Positions 13,037-25,089 of a stretch of 64,000 nt of DNA are shown here, in pieces. A model generated the notes under the pieces. The model was not told where the DNA came from, ran no database searches, and was given only the letters and a program-made list of their open reading frames with translations. The stretch spans positions 59,479-123,478 of the forward strand of contig BFEA01000012.1 of assembly GCA_003427395.1 (NCBI GenBank), written 5' to 3'. Every line of letters begins with the position of its first letter. Positions within the stretch are counted from its first letter, which is position 1. The position numbers were made by a program, and so were the translations under genes. The DNA is from Chara braunii (taxonomy: Eukaryota; Plantae; Charophyceae).

Positions 13037-13348
13037 TTGCGGAGCTACTCGCAACTATATCCTAGCCGACCATCGCAAGACCCTCCGTCTACGGATGGTC
13101 ATCAGGAAGTCGACTGCATCATCACGGATCGCAAGTACGGCAACAAGCCTCGACAGTACAAGGTTACCTTCAAAGCATGCGATCCTGACGACACTCGATG
13201 GATTTCACGAGCAGATTTGCAAGCATCCGCACCTCTGATCTACACTCACTACGAACAACAAAGACCAGCTAGGGAAGCTTCACGACTTGCCCCTCCCACC
13301 CGGACTTTGGTCCCTCCCTCCGACAGGCAGCTTCGCCCTTGCAAGTAA
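13037..13348 (+). pseudogene. Chromodomain remnant from the integrase C-terminus
   Basis: EVDCIITDRK...QYKVTFKACDPDDTRWISRADL lies directly before the PPT; RT, RNase H and integrase core are absent. Confidence 0.85.
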
Positions 13349-13360
13349 GCTCAGTCTTTC

Positions 13361-13373
13361 AAGGAGGGGGGGG
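13361..13373 (+). promoter_or_regulatory. Polypurine tract
   Basis: aaggagggggggg abuts the 3' LTR TG at 13374. Confidence 0.9.
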
Positions 13374-13794
13374 TGTGGCATACTGCGCACCACATAGGCC
13401 CAACCAGGTGATAAGTCAGGGCCCTCCAAACCCTGTGTCGTTCCAGCTTAAAAGCCTAAAAAGGAGGGTCATTTTCAAGCCCTCATAAAGTCGACCTTTC
13501 CTGAAACTTAGGCTCCAGACCAGGGATAAGCGCAGGCCACTTTTAGGCCCGTTTCAAGACAACCTTTTTTTGAACTTCAGCGCCAGGGTCTGGCACGATT
13601 CGGCATTGGCCAGAGCAGCCTCCCAGCCGGACCAGCACTATGTAGTACTGGTCCGGCCTGCAGGCTGCAGGCAGTTGAGGAGGCAGGAGGCAGTCTTCAG
13701 GATTCGGCCGCAGCACTCTGCAAGAGCGCTGCAGTAGTAGTAGCTAGCGTTAGGAGTGGTCTTCAACGCTTGATGCAGGAGCTTAGAGGAGCAT
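13374..13794 (+). repeat. 3' LTR, left part
   Basis: Matches 8887-9322. Confidence 0.92.
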
Positions 13795-15516
13795 TGTCGA
13801 GCGCATAGGTCCCTCACCACGCAGGGCGGGACCCTCCCGGCCGCGTCACTCAGGAGTTGGTCTACCTCGTCGCGAACACACATGGAGCTTCCACAAGACC
13901 GTCCGGCCGAGTGCGCCAACCGTACCTCTCGCGAGCCCCTACGACAAGATAGGGCCTACGCGAGGCACGACTTACTTCCACCTTGCGGGAGTTGTCACCT
14001 CCCTTCGGTGGGCGTATCCTCGCCGAGCTACCAGTCCACAGTACGAAAGCTAATCAGTTGCAATCGCAGAGGTGGACCAGCCGAGGGCATTTCTCGTTCG
14101 CTGTAGCATAGGGGGTACGCGCGGCCTCATGCCTGTATCGGACCCACACGCGAACCGACGCCTTGGGGGGCTGAGGTACCAAGCGCGACTCGTCGTCGGT
14201 CGACTAGGACGCATCCCACATACCACGCATTACACCACTTCACTCACATTTATAGAACGACACAAAACAAACAACACAACAACACTCCTAGTCCCTTTCG
14301 TAGTCCTCCCATAACCTTCTGACGCGGAAATCGGATAGGCGACGCGCGCAAGACTTAGTATAAAACCGCGCAGACGCAGGGCCTTCCCATATCGACTAGC
14401 AATGCATGAATACGCAAGCAGTCACAATGATGGCGTACTATACAGTGCCCATAATCAAGCGGTCCCTCGTGAATCTGAGTATCGCTTATGACACTCAAGT
14501 GTCAAATCGAAGTATCGTGAAGGTCAAGCCCTTCACGATATTGCACAGTTGAAGGAACAACCGTTCGGCCCCCGCTGCACCTTCGGCCCTTAGGCTGAGT
14601 GTCCCGGTGGGCAGGGCAAATAGGCTATGCGCAGGGGGTGATCCCTTCCGCGCGGAGTCTAGGACGTGGGATATCCTGGACAAGGACCTCGAATCCAAGC
14701 CCAGGACCAACGTCCGACTAAGAAACTTTTTTAAGAAGCAAACTGTAAAGGAAGTAAGCCTCCTTTCCTTTCTTGATCTGGACCCCAATTAAACCCTTGA
14801 GCGTGGGCTCCTTAGGCCACGTGAAACACCCAAACATAGGTATGTACGTACATATGTAGTGGGGAATACGTATGCGATGATCACTTCTCACAATCACGGT
14901 GGGACACCTCTCAGCCATATATCTGTGAGTGATCGTAGGCAATCAAATCCAAAGTCCGAATCACAGAACAAAACTGCAATCACACCAAAGATTCAACCAA
15001 AAGTCCACACACTACACGGGGTCAACTTCAACCATTCCCTATACTTATACCCCTTGCTTTAGGCATGCAAGCCCCAACCTTTGCCTAACCTTCCAGAAAA
15101 AATACTCAGCACTTTCGTTAAATGGCCATTCAATAAAAGTCCGGGTGAAAACCTTAACAAAACAATAGAAACCACCAGGGCTAAAACCTTTTAGGTCGGG
15201 TATTGAGAATGGATTGGAGTTGAGTCGTAAACCGACAAATCGGCAACCGACCTGTTATCGATGATAACAAAAGATGATCCTCGTAGGATCAAGCTGACTC
15301 TAGTCCGAATCCTGTAACACAAGACAGGCCAATCCCCAAGCTAAACCTATAAATCCACGGAGAATAACCTCCATAACACGATCTCACTCAACATCGTTCT
15401 TAATTAACTGAGTCTAAATTTATCCCTAAGCAAACATCTAAGGAAAAGGTAGATCCTAGCCGGATCTCCTCTATACAGAGTGGATCTTCAGAATCGTCAC
15501 TTGTCAAAATATAACC

Positions 15517-15915
15517 CATCTCCCTTAAACTAAGAAAATTTCTACAGCGCTTCCCGTAAGACTGAAATATTCTCTAACTCTTGAAAAGTCAGATTTTGTC
15601 TAACTCCCTGAATTAGTAAAAATTTGGGCAGCACTCCCTTTAGAAATGGAGACTTCCCAGATTTGTACTGAGTCAGATGCAAACTCAAAACAAAACTCGA
15701 GTCCAACTAAGACAATATTTAACTAACTCCTTAAATTTGTAAAAACTTGGGCAACACTCCCTTCAGAAAAAGAGACTTCCCAGATTCATACAAAGCTAAG
15801 TTCAGAACCTTAAATAACTTTGACTTCTCAAGGTGCGACTTTGTCTAACTCCTTGATTTAGTAAAAAATTGGGCAGCACTCCCTTTAGAAAATTAGACTT
15901 TCTAGATTTTTACCA
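15517..15915 (-). repeat. Second array in X2: 3-4 degenerate units at ~120-bp spacing
   Basis: ctaactcc..a.t.gtaaaa..tgggca.cactccctt.agaaa..agactt.c.agatt at ~15600, 15723 and 15845; homologous to 26680-26900. Confidence 0.8.
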
Positions 15916-16256
15916 AGCCATATATAAAAGTTAGACAAGGTAAAGTTTGAAAAGACAACCCAAGACCAAGTATAACAAATGATCCCAGAAAATGCAGAAA
16001 TCGACCTAAGTAAAATAAACTTAGCTCATAAAATGCAGGAATTGAAACTAACTCCTATGGCTCTAGCACTTGGCGAGCATCTAAAGCAACTACCTGTCAA
16101 CTGGAACTCAGACCAAGTACTAATCTCACTCAGCCACATGCAAGGCCAAACCACAAAGGTAAGTATTCTCACCAACCCAAAGTCAATCTTACCAAACAAT
16201 AGTTCATAGTCTTTCAATGATTTATCCCTTTATACCGACCTTACATAAGGCATAAA

Positions 16257-16985
16257 GCTAGACCACCCAAACTTATGGAACATGTCTAGCTCAACCATTG
16301 GATATACACAAACACAGGGCACTACAACTTTTCTCTTCCTTGGGCACGTGACTAGACCACCCTAGTCGCCCTGAACTGTTTAAGTATCCAAGTTTTATAT
16401 AATTATCTGCACTTCATCTTTTAAGGTAGCATATGACTGAACCGATCATCTTTAGCTCGAGGTTCAGCCTGCCCCTTCTTACCACAAGGTTTATTCTTAG
16501 TTAATACTCTCTTCAGTTTGTGATAAGCTATAGTCAGAACACCTAAACTTATGGAACAATGTCTGACTAACCAGTTCATAAATGAAGTAATAGTAAAATA
16601 TAGCCAAGTTATCACTTTTTGTTTCCAACATATGCGTGGCATTGGACCAAGACCACCCAAACTTATGGAACATGTCTCGTCCTCTGCCTGATTCATTTTT
16701 TCTTAATGGTAAAGTAGGAAGAGGTTGAGCCACCCAAACTTATGGAACATGCTCAGACCTCCTCGTTCAAAACCAAAAGAAACTGAAAAAACCCAAAATA
16801 AACAAGGCAACCAAGCCACCCACACTTATGGAACAGTGCTTGGTTCCCAAAAAGTCGACCACAGACAACCCTCACAAGTCAAAGCAATCAGACCACCCAA
16901 ACTTATGGAACATGTCTGGTTCTCCAGGCAATCGAAAAGTAAACATAGCACTGGGTCTCCCCCAACTTATGGAGACTTGCCCAGC
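16257..16985 (-). repeat. Hairpin array of X2 (7 units, core on minus strand atgttcc-ataagttt-gggtg)
   Basis: cacccaaacttatggaacat and variants at ~16263, 16540, 16653, 16730, 16818, 16893 and 16957, with co-varying flanks. Confidence 0.9.
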
Positions 16986-17323
16986 CTTTGATTGACCCAG
17001 TCAGACACAAGAAAAGCTGCCTTCCTCCCATCCTTCCCCCAGATGCAATCCCACAATCTGCTTGTAGTCAGACAATAAAACTGAAACTGACATTGCGCAT
17101 ACCTTCCTTTATTTAAGTCTACTTTAAGTCCTGAAAGTTAAACTCAAAATCAAAGTAAGGGTGCACGCAGTATACTCGGTCAAACAAGGAAAGCAATGGT
17201 TACCTCTAAAGTCCCTGCCTCCATAACTTCTCCTGAGTTCCAGCAGAGCTCCCGCAATCAGCGGGCTGACTTCCCACAGAGTCTTGTTGCAGTCCTACGA
17301 GTTGCAATCCCGCCTGCCGCCTT

Positions 17324-17812
17324 CCTCTCAGAACAGGACTGGACTTAGAGTAAGAAGGGCAGAAGGTAAGGGGTTTCAGACTCTCGAGATACAAGAAGTG
17401 GACAAACTCAACTCGCAGGAGAGGGCCTTGTTGTCTTCCATCGCCCGAGGGGCCCGCAATGGTGGCCAAAACTCGAAGCCGCTTGGTCAGCCAGGGTCAA
17501 AACGCCATTTGTTGACCTCCCCTTTTTAATGAGTCCCGCTACCTTGCCCGGCTCGAAACCCGGAGTATCCTCTTAGGACAGGACTAAACTTAGAGTAAGA
17601 AGGGCAGAAGGTAAGGGGTTTCAGACTCTCGAGATACAAGAAGGGGACAAACTCAACTCGCAGGAGAGGGCCTTGTTGTCTTCCACCGCCTGACGGCCCC
17701 GCAACGGTGGCCAAACCTCGAAGCCGCTTGGTCAGCCAGGGTCAAAATGCCATTTGTTCACCTCCCCTTTTTAACGAGTCCCGCTACCTTGCCCGACTGA
17801 AAACCCGGAGTA
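17324..17812 (-). repeat. ~245-bp tandem duplication in X2
   Basis: acaggact..acttagagtaagaagggcagaagg...aacccggagtat occurs twice. Confidence 0.9.
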
Positions 17813-20800
17813 TTCAAGCCATCAGTGCGCTTGCAACCTCGTGGCCCTTCCTCCAGCCACTTCGCTTAGTGGATGAACAACAATATGGAAGTATGCAGGC
17901 TAGTGGCCCTCCTTTTTGCCACTTCTTATCATCAGGAAAAAGAAACGCAGCAACCCTTAGGTAAATGCTCGAGTTTGCACCTCGCTTGCAACTTTTCTTT
18001 TTTCTTACTACTCTATTCAGTCAAATGAGTAGTGCCCCAGCTAAGGGTAAGTCTTCAACCTCCGCTGTCTTCAACCTCCGTTGTTGCCCCTTCACTGCCC
18101 CCCCCCCTTACCTGAAGTTTGAGCGGCATGCTTGCGTTCGAATGGTGTCACACAAGAAAACCGCACGAACTGGAGAGCACAGGGTGGCAAATTCAGTTTC
18201 GCTAAAAAGCAGACAACTGATAACAGTCACACGACGGTCGTCTTCCCCTCCTCCTACTTTGGACAGGCTCGCAGACCAATGCGCACGAACATATGTAGAC
18301 TTAAAACTCACCATCAATAGGAACTCGACAAGGCATACGTTCCATGAACAGAGCTCAGAAATCAACTCCGTCTCAGTCTTTGTCTCGTAGGTCATCATTC
18401 AAAACACCTTGACCCTCGTTATCACACAATTTACCACCATAGCTCTACTTTTGGTTCATCTCGCACCGCCATTCTTCCGAAGTAAGCGCCCCTTCTCCTT
18501 TTGGCACATGTGAGCATGCCCCTGACAGAGCTTCCCAACTGCGAGTTGAGAACGTATCTCCCGTTAGAAGATAGCCATGTGAGTATTTCGGTTGTAGGTG
18601 ACCTTCATGGCGACCAGGCCGTAACCTCTACGGCGAACATAAAAACTAAGCCGTGATGGTGGACGCAACGACGAACACAAGCCAGATTAAGCTAATAACC
18701 GTGATGATCAGCAGACGAACGAGCAACCATCCTCACGATGTCATCAGGTAAGAGCCCTCATTGCCTTCTTCCTTTCTTACTCCGACTACTGCTCCCCCAA
18801 CCATTAACAGTCTACGTATTTACCGTCCCTCCGTGGACGTCAACAGTCACAGCCATAATGTACGAAGTCGTCTACCCCGTAAATTATTGCCAAAAGGCCA
18901 AGTATGTATTCACTCCTTTCTATCCTCTCCTCCCTCTCTCTTGCATGGCTCACATGCTCATGCTATTCGTTTCTGTCGAACTTACGAAGTGGGAATAATT
19001 CTCCCGCTCTGGTATGGAAAGTTACACCGTCAATTTCAACCTCCTTGCCTAGCGCAACTTTTTTGTCCCGTTGTCGGCCCGAACACCCTTACAAGGGTAT
19101 TTGGGCGTACTTTTGCATCTCACAGAGGGTGCGTCTTCAACAATATCCGAGAGAGTGTCCCATTATCGAGTGACCACAACCAGCTCCCAGAGGTTGGGAG
19201 TGGCACTCGCATTTTTGATTAGATCAGAGGGTTTGTGAGCGTCCACTTTGTGGGCACGCATTAGTTCAAGTTTAGATGATTGATCAGTACAGATAACAAA
19301 CTGCTCGGCAGTCCCAGTTAGAAATAAGTTAGAATCTTGGACGACTCAGGCGTGAGTCGCAACCTTGGAGACGCTGACGGAGTCGCAGTCAGCGCAGAGT
19401 TTAACTATTGAGGCTGCGGCAAAAAGGGAAGACTTTTGGTTGACCTACTGAGAAGGCGGCATTTTGGGGCTGCACCGTATGGAGTGTGCAAGTACTAGGT
19501 CAGGCTATAATAAGTGTCGACGGTGGGAGCCGAGGAAAGCTTTAACTTGGTACGGCATGAGCAAAAGTCGGGGTCTTCCTAACCGAAGGGGGCAAAAGCG
19601 CGCTCGTTTGACGATTGTAAAGGGCTATGAAAGCCTCGGCCCGCGATCGCAGCATGGCGTGACAGTGCGTGTGATAGGCTGAGCGGTAACTTGTCCTCCA
19701 AGCAGCGAGTATGGTTGTGAGGGGCCTTGGGCTCAAGTAATAAGCCAAGCGGTGGTCTTGGCACACTTTTGCAGATCCGGGTAGGCTGCAACAGGCTGCA
19801 GTTACTATTCATATGGAAGACAGCGCCTGCTACACCCGGACTTGGGCCTAGCCCTATTGGTTAACGCATTGGACTTACAGCATGGAGGTCCTCGGATCGA
19901 GGCCAGCGAGCAGCAGAAGAGGAGCGAGGAGCGCGACTTGGAAGAAACTGAGGGGTTGAGGGTCCCGCGGGACTATCCACCTTCGTTTTGCGGGAAGATC
20001 CTACCACGGGCCCGATGGGAAGGATTAGGGGCAGGGTCCCGATGGTTCCTCCCCTCCCCTACTCCTTCTAGGTTTTATTAAATTATTATTATTACTATTA
20101 TTTTTCTTATTTCTTATTTAAAGTCCTGTCATGGGACGTGGTCTGGTACCGGTTTCGGGGCCGGTCGTGAAACCCCAAAAGCCTGGCTTAGTTGGTACAC
20201 CCATGAACTGTTGAAATACAGACCCGTGTTCGAATGCCAGCAGAGGGAACTTGATGGGTAAAAATCGGTTATTCTCCGAAGACCTTGGACCGGTCAGCTC
20301 AATGATGGTACCTCAGGGCCGTACAATGGCCCAGTCCTTCAGGACGTCCGCTAAAGTTGGAACGAACGGTGAAGGGGGACTGCGGGTGCGGACCTCCGAC
20401 TGACTTTCCCCGCTATATAACCGACCAGGTGGGTCGAAGCAGGTTGACGCCTTCCGGTTTATCATGAAACTGTTAGAAGTCTGACGCTACGAGGTGGCGA
20501 AGAGGAGAAACGGGGTGAAGAAAGGGAGAGCACAGGGAGTTGACGAGAGTAACGAGAGGAGGAAGGCTAGAGGATGAAGTGAAGGGGTTGGCAAGGAACA
20601 AGGGACGCTCTACTTCGCATCCGCCATCGGAGTTGGGCCTGCTGTATGGTCATACAGGCTCATATGGAAGTCGAAGCCTGAGATACGCGCGCTGGGAGTT
20701 GCGCTGATCTGGGGGAAGGAAAAGTTTGCCTCCCTCACAACCGTCATCCACACAGCATGGTTCGCCCCATCGCGAGCTAGTCATTATCGCAGTTGTGGCA

Positions 20801-21535
20801 ATGCTGCTCGCCTGGGTGTTGATCATGGTCTTCGTATGAGCAGTCAACAAGGTCATCACCCCGGTGCTCGCGTCCACTATTGTCCCTGTAGTTGCCATCG
20901 GAGCTCCGATGGTGGTCATCACCGCCAACATTGGTATCCCGTTGCGCATTCTCGTTCCAGTCCTTAAAGAGCGGATGCATCCGGTTCTCTTCCAGAGGAA
21001 GATTCATCCTCGTATTGCGTCTTTGGAAAGTCGGGCGGAGGCAGAGATCGGGCTACACGTGGCAGAGAGAGAATGAGAGAGGAGTGGAGTGAGGGAGATG
21101 TAAGAGACAGAGAGGTGAGAAGTTAGAGTACGGGTGTAGGACCAGAGAAAGAAAGAGGAATGAACGTAGACATGTATCCGCGCGAGGTGCATTCAAAGAA
21201 GGAAATGAGGTAGAAGATGACGAAGACGACAAATACGAATATGGTAAGGAAGAATGGAATGAATCTGGACGAGATCTCATGCCAGATACAGTCGACGATG
21301 GAGAGAGGTGAAAATTGAGGAGGCAGGAGTGGAAGAAACGCTTAACTCACTCGATTCTTATCGAAATCGAGTGAACTAAGGTTGTAGGTGGGGGTTTTCG
21401 GGGTGGGCGACCCCGAATCCGTAGTTAGTTTTGGTGTAAAACTAGTAGAAGAAGGAGTAACAGAGAAAAGAACTGTGCGAAAGGAGTTGACGAGGGAGAA
21501 AAGGGAATGGAGAGGAGTGCAAATCGAATTGATCG

Positions 21536-21858
21536 GCCGATTCTCGACCGTTTTCGACAAACAAAGATACTAAATGGGGGTTTGAGATCACTCTGGATTG
21601 TTTGGCCGCGTCAGAAGTTCAATCTGAACAGCGGAGTAATTAGTACGAGGTAAGAAGGCTGCGAGGNAGCAAAAGAGGGCGGGGGATGCTTGGATTTCGC
21701 CGATTCTCGACCGTTTTCAACAAACAAAGATACTAAACGGGGGTTTGAAATCACTCTGGATTGTTTGGCCGCGTCAGAAGTTCAATCTGAACAGCGGAGT
21801 AATTAGTACGAGGTAAGAAGGCTGCGCGGTAGCAAAAGAGGGCGGGGGATGCTTGGAT
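21536..21858 (+). repeat. ~162-bp tandem duplication in X3
   Basis: gccgattctcgaccgtttt...gggggatgcttggatt occurs twice. Confidence 0.92.
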
Positions 21859-24800
21859 TGTGCTAATGTATCTTTTCCTATTCTAGCGGGAGATACATTT
21901 TGGCTATGCATAGTTGTGAGTGTTGGAGCAGGGTCACGTGTTTCCTATGCGCGTGAACACTAGTTCGGTCCGTCGATACTTGTCCCGATCTCGTAGTTGT
22001 TCATCTCGATCCCGCTGGTTTTGTTGTACGTGCTCGAGATCGTCCTCAAAGTCCCGCTGGTGGGATCGCTGCTCGTCATCGCGATTTGGCCTTGCTTGGC
22101 ATCAAGATTCCGCTGTTGACCACGCTATTGCAGTGGCTCGTCGATCTAGGCGCTACATCCTCGGGGTAGTCGAGGCCGGGCTCTGCTGCCAGAGAGAGGG
22201 GGAGTGGGCACCTACCAATGAGCGAGCCTGCCCCAATGACCGGACAGATGCATGCCGAGGATAGAAGTCGTGCGAGGGGGAGTCGAGACAGGAAAAGGAC
22301 CGGAACGAAGAAGTGAAGGGGAGCCAGGAGGAGAAACGTGAAGAAGAAGCGAAGGAGACGGGGGGGGGGGATCAAGAGATAGCAAGTGCTAAACCTGGCG
22401 GACGTACCTTTCCTGATTCAAGCGAAAGACTCACTCTTGGGCGTTGTAGCGGGCGACCATAATGGCATGCATATTACCAGGTCTCGGGGAAGATTCATTC
22501 TCATTTTGCACATTTGGTGAGTAGTGGGGCGGGGCCCGTAACTGTCATCATCGCAAATCCCTACCCCGACGCTGGTTGTGTTTGCAAGGCAGTTGTTGTC
22601 ATCATGGTCCCCATGCTCGACGTGCCAGCTGTCTTCGTCAAGGTCTTCCTCGTAATACTGGCCTGCGAATCCAGTTCGCGGGGCTCGATTTTGCTCGCAT
22701 TACATCTCCAATTTGCACGTATCCTGTCGAGGTCTTGACCAAATTCGGAGGGAGTTGGATTATGGTAAAGGCGAAGAGGAGGTAAGCGCAGTGAGGGGAA
22801 AAGAGGGTGACACAAGCAAAGAGAAATGGGGAGTAGGAGGTGGTAGCACGTACCTGGTAGTGTATCTCCCCGTGATCAAGCAGAAGATTCATTTCGATTT
22901 TGCTCATCCTATCGATGGAAGTAGCGTGAGGCAGCGACAAGGTTGAAGACTTACCTGTATGGTGCGGTCTCCTGCAGTAGGAGTTCGGATGCATCTGGGT
23001 AAGTTCGGGCAAAGGATTCATTTACGTTATCGTGAGTAGGCTCAATAGTAATCAGAAAGGGACTAAGGAAGAGGGTACCTACCTTCGAAGACTGGACTTG
23101 AGTAGAGTTGGAGCCGTGAATTGCACAGTGAAGACTCGAATTGCAACTGCAGGGCTGCTGAGGGACGATCGAGAGGGATGCACAGCAGTCAGGCGCTGCA
23201 TTGGAGTCCTGCTGACAGGGAGGGTAACGACTGTTGAGTTGTTACTGATCTAGTTGCTGGGTTTCGGAGGTGTTTAACCTTGTTACACAGTTGAAGGCAA
23301 TGTTGTTATCTCACTACCGTGTATGCTGTTTTACTGTGGGTCTGATGTTAGTGCCGCTTTTTAGATGGTACAACTGATGAGCTAGAGTCTCATACATCTG
23401 CTGTTTGGTGAGGCCGCCGACACGGTTATTACTTACGGTCTGCCGTTGTAGAAATAAGCAGAACTCAGAAAACCCAGGTTGCTGCTGCGCCACTTCTGAG
23501 CAGTCCACTGCGCTTGTTATACTGTGCATTACGGAGCCAAATGTGCATTGCAGCATCGAACTAGTCCTACTATTGTGTGAGCCGCTGGTTCGCCAAGGTG
23601 TTGGGGAGCTTAGATTGCAAAGTTTGAGGCTGCCAGTCTCGTTGGTGGGCACTGGTCTGCTGCAGCAGTAGGTACTCAGGCTGTTCGGGGTTACATAGCG
23701 AAGTGTTGCTGCTGCGTAGGGCGTTGTCCTCACTGTGCACCATTGCTGTGCATCATTCCTGTTCCTCTTTACGACAAATTTGCTAGTTCGTTGCTGTATA
23801 CTTTTTGCGGTATCTTTTGGCCGCGGTTGTGCATTCATGGCGGATTACTGCTGTGCAGGGCGCCATTCTCAACTATGAACTGAGGTGGTGCGGAGCATTG
23901 TTCAGCACTACTGTTGAGCGCCGTCACTATTCCTTTCTTACGAAAAGGCCACTGGTTCTGGCATACCACTGTTATTTACGAAGTTTCTGCCACAAGATTG
24001 TGTTACTAGTAAACTGCGGTCGTACATCCAGGCTGCATTGCTGTTATGTTCAGTTGTTTGTTGGGCAGGCTGCGGCGGACTGCTGATTGATAGTCCACCT
24101 TGTTGTTGATACTAACGGACTATCGGTGATCCGTAAAGGTGCAATTGCAGTGTTGCCAACTCTTGTTGTTCGTTGGGAACCGCTGCTGTCATTCCTGCCT
24201 TCGTCTCAGCGGTCGTGCCCGTGGAACCCACTTAGGAGTATCCCAACGAAGTCTGGCCGTTGTGGAAGAAGTTGACAACCTGGGTGCTGCTGCTGTGGGA
24301 GGCAGTACTGTTCGCTGTACGCTGCTCCTGTGCGTCACAGCTGTGCTGGGCTACTACAGCCTGTTTCTGAATAGAGCACGGGGGTGTGCTCTATTCGAAA
24401 CGTGGGCCTTTCTAGGTTGTGTGGCTACATTTGGACGGAGGAAAGTACTGTAGCTTTGAGGGTGAGGTCAGACTCGGCAGAGGCGTTGGTGCTGCGACTT
24501 GGAGGGCAGTCAGGGGACTGTAGAGGCTGCATCCGACCGAGGTTTTGACTGTTTGCTGCTGCGTTTTTCCTGGCCATCATTGCGGGGCCCTCAGGAGCCG
24601 AAGGTAACAAGGCCCTCTCCTGCGAGTTGAGTCTGTCCCTCTCTTGGATCTCGAGAGTCTACTCTACCTCCTTCTACCCTTCTTACTCTAAGTCTAGTCT
24701 GAGGTTACGAGAGGAAGGCGGCAGGCGGGATTGAAACCCGTAATCCGAGCCAAGGCCTTTGAGGGAGGCACGCCCCACCGATTGCGGGAGCTCTGCCGGA

Positions 24801-25089
24801 GCCCAGGCGGGGTTATGGAGGCAGGGAACTTCAGGTATAAGCTTCGTCTGAAGCGTGGGATCCCTTCCCTAAACTATTATTCCTTTGGGCTATCTGAGAA
24901 CATAATTATGAAAGGATATTACCTTTTATTTTTTATTTTTGTTATGTATGTCAGGACATGCTTTTGAAAAGGTTAAATTAACAATTGTATATGAGAGATC
25001 AGATACACTTTAAGTGAATTCAAACAAAGGTGAATTGGGGGAAAGGTGGGAGGAAGGTGTTTTGCATGCTTTGACCGGGTCAACCCAAG

